Source of the DNA: Eledone cirrhosa
Taxonomy: Eukaryota
Direction: 5' to 3'
NCBI GenBank assembly: GCA_964016885.1
Contig: OZ024743.1
Location: forward strand, 105,896,001 to 105,960,000
DNA: 64,000 bases
In this document: positions 51,958 to 64,000 of the stretch, one piece after another
Layout: each line of letters opens with the position of its first letter
How positions within the stretch are numbered: the first letter of the stretch is position 1
The notes under the pieces: generated by a model
Databases searched by the model: none
What the model was told of the DNA's origin: nothing
What the model saw: only the letters and a program-made list of their open reading frames with translations
Made by a program: the position numbers and the translations under genes

Positions 51958-52749
51958 CAAAATAATGAAATATGGTTATTACATCCCTCGAGTACAATGT
52001 GTAAGAATAAAGTACTTGTATATGGTTCTGTGGTGACGCGGTTCACTCTGCAACTACCTCAGTTTTGATTCAATGCCATTGTGTAAAATATTAACGAATG
52101 ACTTATATCATCATCACCGGTTAAATGAAGCGGGAGATTTGGCGATGACAACCGGAAACCATACATTTTTTTCGGATTGTAAACTTAAACCTTCATCCGA
52201 CTTTTATAACGAACTATTCTTGTTGACTTTAGTCTTTAGCACATAATTAATTTCTTCATAATGTCTATATTTCTCCCAATACTACGAGAAAGCCAGTGAT
52301 ATCAACACATATAGATTGTATAATAAGCACTAATCTGCAGCAACAAGTATAACGGTTGCAAGAGAAAGCAACAACAGTATAGTTAGGATAGATTGAAAAG
52401 AGGGGAGTGAGGCTTAAGGAGGAAATACATTTTATGTATATATAATAAGCCTATTCATTCTGCTTTTTATACATGGTTGACTGATTAAATGTCTATCTGA
52501 TTATATCCCTCACTGGCCAAGAGCACCAGTTTTTCTCCTCTTTTCAACTAATTTTAGAAACAAGGATCACCACGTCACTTATCTTGTCTCAGCTTTCTCT
52601 CAACCTAAACTACGTATTTAACAATTTCACCCACCACTTGCATTATACCGTCTATAGATCTCAATTTTTATAGCATCTATTTTATAAATTCTACCAAACT
52701 TCATCTTGTTACGGCGTGACGCTATATTCATCTGCCGTTCTACCGATCA

Positions 52750-52830
<81 letters not shown>

Positions 52831-52866
52831 GCCCTCTATCTATCTATCTATCTATATATCTATCTA

Positions 52867-52919
<53 letters not shown>

Positions 52920-52920
52920 C

Positions 52921-54485
<1,565 letters not shown>

Positions 54486-54594
54486 AGACAAATGGAAGTT
54501 TAGTAAAATCGAAGTTTTGGCTGCGCCCAAGCTAACGATATACAATTAGGAATGTGCAGCAAAGCACACGATAACGTTGTGTCACCTTAGAGTA

Positions 54595-54790
54595 ATAACT
54601 GTTTCTACATTTGGCACAAGGCCAGCAATTACCCCAGTGCAATACTGGTACTTTATTTTATCGACCCCGATGAAAGGCAAAGTTGACCTTGGCGCGATTT
54701 GAAATCAGACTGCAAAGGTCCGTAACTCTATGCTGCAAAGGATGACGTCCGACCTTCTACCAATGCTGCCAACCCAGCGACCTTAATAAT
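54595..54790 (-). mobile_element. SINE inserted in the first direct repeat, taataa-like target duplication
   Basis: 12957-family sequence; the empty site is visible in the second repeat copy. Confidence 0.85.
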
Positions 54791-55575
54791 GTACGTTAGA
54801 CAGCTTTACAAATTGAAAATTGCGGCAGGCAAGCCTAGCCACATAATAGCAAAGCAACGAAAAAACCCATTCTGGTTAGAAAACAGACCTGGACCATATC
54901 GGACGATATTATGCAATACGTCCGTTAGGTTTCTATGAAACCGAAATCAACAATCCTACTTGCGCAATATGCAAGTTTGTGGTACTTGATGATCGAACTG
55001 TGGACATACGTTATCAACAGGTTTACGTTCTGTGCCTCAAACTGGTGTTACGTGTAGCAGTAAACTGCTACCGATGGCAGCAGTCAATGTTTCACTATCA
55101 CGTATTTTTTCCAACAAGGGAAGTAACCCCCTGTTTTTAGCGGACAAATTCACAGTGGGAACAAATGAGTTAATTCCGTTCCACAATCCGAGAAAGTAGC
55201 TCTCGACTAGACGCTATTATACAAACATAAACAATGAACCAATCAATAGAATTGACTACTGAAATTAATTAATTAATTATTAGGTCTAGGAGATAATAAT
55301 ACAAATGGAAGTTTAGTAAAACGGAAGTTTTGGCTGTGGCCAAGTTAACGATATACAATTAGAAATGTGCAGCAAAGCACTCGATAATGTTATGTCACGT
55401 TAGAGTAATAACATACGTTAGACAGCTTGACAAATTGAAAATTGTGACAGGTAAGTCTAGCCACATAATACCAGAAAAAACTAAGATAGATTTACAAGAG
55501 TTGAAGTCAGTGTTACAGCACATGTACAAAATTGATTTGCATATTACAATTGTTTTGATATCGTTCAGTTCAAGC

Positions 55576-55668
55576 TTGCATATCTGACGAGATGTCGAAA
55601 ATGAGTCGGGTCCCTTCAGCTTGATGGTACAATGAGCTGATCGATTTCGAAACAATTGTAATAGGCAA
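55576..55668 (+). ncRNA. type I hammerhead motif with 58-nt stem II
   Basis: UUGCAUAU CUGACGA GAUGUCGA..UCAGCUU..GAGCUGA UCGAUUUC GAAAC AAUU GUA AUAGGCAA. Confidence 0.78.
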
Positions 55669-55815
55669 ATAGAAATTATATATATGTTGCCACACTGACT
55701 TCGATTCTGTTAAATATATATACACTCTGCATACTGCAGCCGTAACACAACTCACACAAAACGAATTTCGTAACAGCATTGAGTGCTTCGAATAGCGTGC
55801 CACCTGTAACTGTTG

Positions 55816-55894
<79 letters not shown>

Positions 55895-56520
55895 ATATAT
55901 CGTTTCTCTCTCTCTCCCTTCAGATACAATTGTACTTTTTCATTATTGCTAAGGAAACATCCTCTTCAATTAAGTTTTACATCCTACCGTTTCCGATTTC
56001 TCCGGTCTTCAAAATCCTTCTGTATTTGCATATCAAATTACTATCCTCTTTCTTATCACCCCCTTTTTCTCTAACACACTTTCAAACGCAATCACCAGAC
56101 CATCTATGCATCTCTCTATTTCCCTTCCACTTTTCTTTTGTTTGCCTATATTGCCTATCTCAGTTGCGATGATTCACTTCCTCTCCATTTGTACACATCT
56201 CTCTCTGATTATCTGTATCCACAAATACAATGCAATTCCCCCCCCCCTCCCGTTATCGTTCTTTCTATGCCCATTAATACGTCTGATATGGCCTATAAAC
56301 TCGCATTCATAAATACATTTTCCCTGCTTGTAAAATAAGGGTAAAATGCATTTCACTTGTAAATACATACATATATACTTGCACATGCATACACACACAC
56401 TGACACAAACACACACACATATATATATATAGATGTGTTATGTATATATCATATATATATATATGTATATATATATATATGTACAGAGTGAGAGATAATA
56501 GTTGAATATACATGTCTAAT

Positions 56521-56601
<81 letters not shown>

Positions 56602-56607
56602 GTATAT

Positions 56608-56675
<68 letters not shown>

Positions 56676-57116
56676 TAATATTGGCGAAACAGATTATTCT
56701 AATTCAACGTCTTTCAAAGGCCCTAAGGTCAGTTCCGTGATGTATATCTGAATGAACAAATTAAGTAGGGATAATATTAATGAAGCAATCATCAAAGCTA
56801 ATTGGAGGAAGGAGTAGAAGAGAAATTGTAGAAAAATAAGAACAAAAACAGATCCACAAAATATTAATAAATTTAATCTATGATAAAAAGTGTTCATCAT
56901 TAAGAATTTTAATTCGGTATCGTTCGGATATCCGGTGTGTCTTAATGGCCGAAGTATCCTGTCTTTAATTAATCAATAGAAAACTGTGTCCTGCTGTTTC
57001 TGCTCTATTATATCTCTAGCTCGCTGATCCAGAGTTTATACAAGTGGTAAATTGGAAGGATATATGTGGTTGTACAATATAATCATTTATAGTCAAATAA
57101 AAAAAACACACACACA

Positions 57117-57174
<58 letters not shown>

Positions 57175-57176
57175 AA

Positions 57177-57519
57177 TAGCATATCTTAGTCGTTAGAGCG
57201 TCGGGCTTACAATCGTGAGAGTATGAGTGCGATTCTTGATCTGGGAATTACGTTGTGTTCTTGAACAAGACACTTTATTTCAGTTTCCCCAATTCACTCA
57301 GCTGTAGAAAAGAGTTGCGATATGACTGGTGCCAAGCTGTATCCGTCTTTGCGTCACCCTTGGATAATGTCAGTGGCATGAAGAGGGAAGACTGGCATGC
57401 ATTGGCGACCGCTGATCTTTCATAAAATACCTTACCCGTACTTGTAAATTGGAGATGAATTTTCTAGGTGCAAATTCCATAGTAATCCGTGTCTGACGGG
57501 CGTCTTTTCCCTTTACCCT

Positions 57520-57520
<1 letters not shown>
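57177..57520 (+). mobile_element. tRNA-derived SINE with CORE-like segment
   Basis: tRNA-like head, ttgtgttcttgaacaagacacttt CORE-like motif, tttaccc-type tail. Confidence 0.7.
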
Positions 57521-57589
<69 letters not shown>

Positions 57590-57720
57590 GTGAGGTTTTT
57601 TTTTACAAAATGAAAAATAACCGAGGTGTCCTACACGAGTGAAAGTATAAGGAAAAAAGATGAAATCGAAAATGCAACTGGAGTCTTATTTTTAAAAAGA
57701 TATATATATTTATTTGGTTC

Positions 57721-57756
57721 CTTTAGCGGTTTCGCAGTTCTTCTGCTTTTCAAAAG
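57721..57756 (-). ncRNA. minimal hammerhead motif (U3-A8 core; triplet CUA)
   Basis: CUU UUGAAAA GCAG AAGAA CUGC GAAAC CG CUA AAG. Confidence 0.65.
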
Positions 57757-60700
57757 TAGAGTTGAGATGGAGGGTGTGTGGTTTTTCTCACATCTGGTTG
57801 GTCTTTGAATATTACTTGTTTTATATTGAAAAAAGTGGCTCGAAACGCCAGGTTTTTAGAGAAGTAATTTGATTGGTTGGTGAATAAGTATAATAAATTT
57901 CGCGCCATTTCGCGGTACAAAGTTCTTCAAATAAAGGAGGGGGGGGGGGGCTCAGATTGTTTTTTCCTATATGAGTGAAGTTTGGTTGGTTGATGCAGTC
58001 ACCTGAATAAGCACATCAGCTTTCGCGCCAGTTTGTTTGAATTTCTTTTAACTTAAAAAAGGTGGCTTACGAAGGCTTCTTTTTTTTTATAAATGTAATT
58101 TGATTGGTTATAAATGAAATTATGACTGTCACGTGAAAAAGTTCATTAAATTCCGCGCCCGTATTTGGGAATTTATTTTGTAGCCCTTTAGAGAATTTTA
58201 TGACACAAAAGAAAATGGACAAGAGAAATGGGATGGGGAGAATTGTTCTGGTTCAGTGAATATGGCTGGTTCGTTGGGGTATTGAAATAAAGAAAGTAGA
58301 GATATGTATGTTTATTTGTGTGCTCGTGTGTGTGTGTGTGTGTGTGTGAGTGTGTGTGTGTAGGAACATGATTCTATTAGTAGAAATGGGAGTGGGAGTT
58401 GTGTTGTGTGTATTGGTGTTATGTGTGTATGTGGGGGAGTATGTTAAGATGGAGAGATTATATATAATTTGTGTGTGTATGTGTGTAGGAAAGTGATTCT
58501 ATTAGTAGAAATGGGGGAGGGAGTAGTGTACGTGTGTGTGTGGGGGGGGGAACTATGTGTGTGAGTGTATGGTGTTTTTTTTGCGTGAGTATGGTTAGCA
58601 TGTTAAGATGAAGAGAATATATTTATTTTGTGTGTGTGTGTTTAGGAAAATGATTCCGTTAGTAGAAATGGAGTTATGTGTGTGTGGGGGAGGGGGAGGG
58701 GGGGGGGTTAGCATGTTAAGGTATTAGAGTATTAACGTATGCTAAGGTTTATTTAGTTATGATTTCTATTTTCTAAAGTAGAAGGTGTTATGTGTGTATG
58801 TATGTGTCTGTTTGGAATGTTAGCATGTTATGGTGTTGACATAATGTATATTAAACTATATTTAATGCTGGTCTATATTTTTGAATAAACATATTTTCCT
58901 TATTTATTCGTATATGTTCTGTTGCATTGTCAGCGCAAAGGTAAAATGGGAAGACTTGGAATTTGGGTGTCTTATTACTTGCACTTAGTGGTATTATGTG
59001 CACTTAGTGGTATCTGTCTCGTGGTTAGATCTCGTAATTGTTGGCGATGAACTGTCATTATGTTTATGAGTGTGTTCTATACAATCTTCATTGCTTCCCT
59101 TACATTTAATGGCATAAAGTAGATTTTTTGATCAGCAAGTGAAGTGATTTTTTACAGCATAATTTTGTCCTGACTGAAATGTATACGTGTTGCCTTCAAT
59201 GGGGTGAGTGCAGGTTCCACAATTAGAGCGACCACATTTTTTGACAGTTGGTTGTGGGTTTGTGGTAGGTAATTTGGCATTGGTGAATAATGTTTTTAGT
59301 GATTTCGGTTGTCTTTTGATTTTGATTATTTTGTGTGTTTCAAGGGCTTTTTTCATTCTACTGGAGTCTTATTTTTAATAGTGGGATGTTCTTGTGAATA
59401 GTGTTGTAAGCTTCCGCATTTCTTGGGTTGTGTGTTGTGATATATGATAGAATATTGGACATACCTTGAATTTGTTTATGTTTTCGTAATTCATCTATGA
59501 CTATTGCTTTAGCCCTTTCTATTCGATTATTTATTAGTAATGGTGGGTACTGTCTTTCGAGTAGAATTTCCTTTAATTCTTGAAGTCTTTTATTTCGCGT
59601 TTCATAATTGGAGACAATTTTGCAAATTCTTCTTGCTTGGTTAAAAGGAATGTTCGTCTTCGTGTGCTTTGGATGGTTGGAGGTGAATAGCAGGTATTGT
59701 TTGGCATCTGTTGGTTTGTAGTGTATGTCAGTTTCAATATTTGTGTCTTTTTTTAAGATTAAAATGTCCAGAAATGGGAGTTGATCTTGGCTGTATTCCA
59801 TTGTGAATTGGATGTGGTTATTGATACCGTTAGTTCAATTTTTGAAATCAGTCAGTTGGTCGAGTGTGTTGGACCAAAGAATGAGACAATCATCCAAGTA
59901 GCGTTTCCAATTCTCTGATAAATATTTGTGGATGTTCAATCCATATTTTGATTGGGACTGTTCATATATCTGTACTTCTAAGTATGCCATGACTAAGTTG
60001 GCATAAGTTGGAGCGGCTTTTGTACTGGTCGCAGTCGACGATATTTGCTTGTAAGTACTGCCATAGAAATCCAAAAGTTTTTCTGTAAGATAAATTTTAA
60101 TCCCTCGGTGATGAATCTTTTTTCTATTCTGTCTGGGATATTTCTACTTTAGAAAATAAAAACCAGAACTAAATAAACCTTAACATACGTTAATACTCTA
60201 ACACCTTAACATGCTAAAACACACACACATAACTCCCTCCTCCATTTCTACTAACGGAATCATTTTCCTACACACACAAAATATATATATTCTCTTCATC
60301 TTAACATGCTAACCATACTCCAACACACGCATAACCCCCCCCCCCCCCCCCCACACACACACACAACTCTCTCCCCCATTTCTACTAATAAGATCACTTT
60401 CCTACACACATACACACACACAAAATATATATATTCTCTCCATCTTAACATACTCCCACGCACACAAACACAACACCCATGCACACACACTCAACTCCCT
60501 CCCCCATTTCTACTAATAGAATCATCTTCCTACCCCCCCCCCCCCACCACACACAAGCACACAAATAAACATACATATCTCTACTTTCTTTATTTCAATA
60601 GAAAGTCTGAATTCTGACACCCCAGCGAACCAGCCATGTTCACTGAACCAGAACAATTCTCCCCATCCCATTTCTCTTGACCATTATCTCTTGTTTGTCA

Positions 60701-61046
60701 TAACATTCTCTAAAAGGCTACAAAATAAATTCCCAAATACGGGAGCGAATTTAATGAACTTTTTCACGTGACAGCATAATTTCATTTATAACCAATCAAA
60801 TTACATTTATAAAAAACAACCTTTGTGAGCCACCTTTTTTTATAAGTAAAAAGAAATTCAAACCCCTTTGTTTGAAGAACTTTGTAACGCGAACTGGTGC
60901 AACATTTATCATACTTATTCATCAACCAATCAAATTACTTCTCTAAAAACCTGGCGTTTCGAGCCTCTTTTCTTCCATATAAAACAAGTAACATTCAAAG
61001 ACCAACCAGATGTGAGAAAAACCACAGACCCTCCGTCTCAACTCTA

Positions 61047-61082
61047 CTTTTGAAAAGCAGAAGAACTGCGAAACCGGTAAAG
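61047..61082 (+). ncRNA. minimal hammerhead motif (U3-A8 core)
   Basis: CUU UUGAAAA GCAG AAGAA CUGC GAAAC CG GUA AAG. Confidence 0.75.
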
Positions 61083-61164
61083 GAACCAAATCAATATATA
61101 TATATTTTTTTAAATAAGACTGTAGTTGCATTTTTGATTTCATCTTTTTTCCTTATATATACAT

Positions 61165-62045
61165 ATGAAATAGTAGAACACTGGAGGGTTATGTCCAGTA
61201 GTTATAGCATTCAGACCATGGGACGAGTTTGGTAGAAGTAGTATCACAACAGTTAGTTCACCATACTGAGAACATATGTTTCACCTTGCGGATCTCCATC
61301 TCGGTCTGAGTGTGGTTGTATGGAAAAGGAAAAAGAACCGTATGAATACGCATGCGCAGAAACGGTCACTTCTCCCAAGCGATACAATCCCACGGTCGAA
61401 AGGTGTAAGGGAGATAACTACAAATGTCCGGAATAAATTATTCGAGTTGATTAGAATATTAGAATATTGATTTTACACAATCCGGTGCTTTGTAATTATT
61501 CAAGAGGTGTTTCCAGATATTTGGACAACCTGAAAAAAGCTCATTCATTCAATGTAGGCAATCGTTATTGCATAAACTCTTCAGAATATTAATTCATTCT
61601 TCAATGCACAGTCCACAAGCCGGATTACCCCTTCGTATGGCTTGGACTTAGTGATAGCTTCCATTGGATGGAGTAGTCCATGCCTGAGTCTTTGAGGGAC
61701 CATACGTGGTTCGCGAGTTTCGTGGACGATCGTTTGTCCGAGTATCTAAATGTCGATTGATAGTTCATTAAACCGGCCCTCCACCATACCTACATAGGAT
61801 TTAACCTCACGTTGCTGATTTGGTCGGTTGGAAGTGACCTCAGTTTCATGAATAACATCGGGTGTGTTGCATTATTTTTGAAGGGGACAAGCTTCAGGCT
61901 TTCGGCAATAGCATCTTGGTGGGGGTGCTGCTCTTAGGGCTGTTGATGATGTGGGCCTTAATATTCTTAGCGCAGAAGTATTCTAGTTTCCCCCTGTGTA
62001 TGTTAAAGATGGAGCGGTAGTTGTGACCTATGGGAAAGAGTCTAT
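61165..62045 (-). mobile_element. decayed Naiad-like PLE fragment
   Basis: Hand translation gives KSYVGM, TFRYSDKRSSTKLANHVWSLKD..MDYSIQW, CGLCIEE; its 3' region is homologous to 626-710. Confidence 0.72.
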
Positions 62046-62879
62046 CTATGTGTGTATATATATATATATATATATGTATATATAATTTCTTGACACTTCT
62101 GAGAACCTATACATTTATTCTGATGAAAGTCCACTTGTCATGAAATGATGTTAAATTTATTTATCAATATATTTTGATAAGCAACCAACATATAATATGA
62201 AAATTAACATGCATTTCAGGACAAATCTATGAATGATAGGGTATATAAGCACCACGATAACATATTCCACTGCGGCTGTTTCGATAATCTACAGGTCCCA
62301 TGACGAATTCTCAATTACGCTTGGAAAACTGGAAATGTAAATATCTCTTCAGTTTTAATGAAAATATTTGGTTGGCATCTCTTTACGTCTATTTACTAAA
62401 CTATATATACGGATCTGGGTGGGCGGGGGTCGAAAAGAGAGACAGGGGGTGCGTATTTCATACATATATTATTATTCTGATTGTACAATGTATTATTGGG
62501 ATCTGAGACATTTAGGCATATTTCTTAGCTACAGAACCATAGCTCTCTCAACATATGTCACCTTATACTTGAAAATAGAAAAATAATTAGGAACAAAAAT
62601 ACCACATCAACCCTGTCAGTGCCACAAAAGTTAGAAATGTTCCAATAAATTCAATTACCACCGTATCCGGAAAACAATCCGTTTGTTCAAATAGCAATAA
62701 CTTGGAGTCAATATCCTAGATCCAGGTTTAATATGGTTTGTATTGAATGAGAAAATTAAAAGGATCAGTTATAATAAGGTTTCCCAGAAATTTCCTTTCA
62801 CATCAGGCGAGATGTAACTTCATTTGACATGCTTTGAGAGTAAAGGACACATCAACTACTGCCAACACGTACTGAGCCA

Positions 62880-63885
62880 TAAACTAAGCCCACCTTGGCT
62901 GTTGATGCACATATGTACACTATAATGATTGGAGACGTTGAGGTTCATCCGGTGAAAACTAGGATGTGGAAGATGTGGGTCAGCATATGCCGACAATGTC
63001 ATTGTAATAATGTCGAACACCAAACTGATTGAGTTGATCCGCACCACCCTCAGGGAGTACGAATCAGTAACAGGAGCAGGAATTTACCAGTCGTTGGTCT
63101 TGTATCTTGGCACATGAAAAGGCATTCCTTGCTTCCAACAGCGTCTGCCAATGCCTGGACGGACTGACAGCTTGAATTGCTAGGTGCCTGGTTTATACCT
63201 GGCCTCCAGAATGACAAAAACTGGGACAGGTGTAAACGTGCCGTGAGCGGGACCTTTCTGAGATACGCATAGGGAGACGAACCCGTCTTGCACGCACTTA
63301 TCGAGTATACGAGGATTGCTGAATTGTGGGTTTATGTATAACACTAGGAGTCCAGGGACGGACCGATATGACTATCAGCTGAGTCCATAGTGAAGACTGC
63401 CTCACCGTTTTCCCTCAACCTGGAAGGGCAGTCATGTTTTATCTGCCTGCTGGCCATGACGAAAAATGTTGTGTTGTGGACACGTCTGAAAGGGTTGACG
63501 ACAAGATGTTTCCTCTTTGTTGATGCCCCACTTTAAGAGGAAATTCAGGATGGGGAAGGAAGTCCTGCTTTTCAACAATTTTTTGAATGGTGGGTAAATA
63601 AGTTGAGTATGGCCCGAGTGAATGTATCTGTTCTGAGTATGCGCCTGTTCATTAGAGGAGAATAACTGACAGGAGGCATTCATCGTAGCCCTTATGCTGA
63701 CCATGGGCTTTTCCATGTGTAACACTCGAAAGTATCCCCTATTGGGGAATTTATTCTATTTTCATTATTACGTTTCCCTTGCTTTTTGATAAAAAATGTT
63801 TACATGCGGAAACTCACACTGTACCCTCCTGTGCTGTCCTTAATATTTTCTTAATATGAGCTCTGCGTAGTTAATAAAGAAATCG
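62880..63885 (+). mobile_element. heavily deleted Tx1-clade LINE relic
   Basis: Patches match 17570-19270 (SAYADNV, WTRLKGL, shared 3' UTR); ends AATAAAGAAATC followed by degenerate (ATT)n. Confidence 0.8.
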
Positions 63886-63924
63886 TTCTCATAATGATTA
63901 TTATTATTATCATTATCATTATAG

Positions 63925-64000
63925 GGCGATGTATTGGCAGTATCGGTAGAGAGTCGGGCGCCATGCTTTGCAGCATATAGTTACGTCCCTTTTCGTTCTG
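63925..64000 (+). mobile_element. SINE 5' part (continues beyond the window)
   Basis: ttggcagtatcggtagagagtcgggcgccatgc matches 12957. Confidence 0.8.

Larger units (their letters stand above)
57585..61160 (-). mobile_element. 5'-truncated Neptune-like PLE with about 1.0-1.1-kb inverted arms 57648-58782 / 60142-61155
   Basis: RT/GIY-YIG remnants at about 58860-60140 (APTYANL, WKRYLDD, LPFLDI, YKPTD, CGRSNCGTC); the arms are diverged reverse complements. Confidence 0.88.

Noticed and set aside
56690-56755. GAAAGACGUU GAAU half-motif (-)
   Set aside because: The first half of the core is not recognisable.
62112-62320. CUGAUGA plus long hairpin (+) and UUGAGAA..GAAAC (-)
   Set aside because: Possibly decayed HHRs, but cores and stem I are incomplete; not counted.

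Overview
This is AT-rich eukaryotic DNA saturated with microsatellites and transposons. It is probably cephalopod/octopod; that is an inference from SINE type and repeat landscape only. I find no recognisable host gene. Coding content is all transposon-derived: one apparently intact Tx1/L1-clade LINE (ORF1 13458-15554, ORF2 15590-19009) in an (ATT)n tract, two decayed relatives, two R4/Dong LINE fragments, a decayed full-length Helitron split by a CRE-type endonuclease fragment, a decayed Tc1/mariner element, tRNA-derived SINEs, and several Penelope-like elements (PLEs; Neptune- and Naiad-like). The main unexplained structure is a set of about 15 insertions, mostly in (TA)n tracts, carrying about 26 type I hammerhead ribozyme (HHR)-like motifs that I folded by eye. 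Most have inverted-repeat arms with the HHRs pointing outward. About ten have no ORF, and two consist of more than one copy of a circularly permuted monomer (about 490 nt and 1854 nt), as expected for retrozyme-like circular RNAs mobilised by PLEs. The cores show C3-G8/U3-A8 covariation, palindromic loop III and unusually long stem II inserts. Coordinates were read by eye and ribozyme activity is untested.
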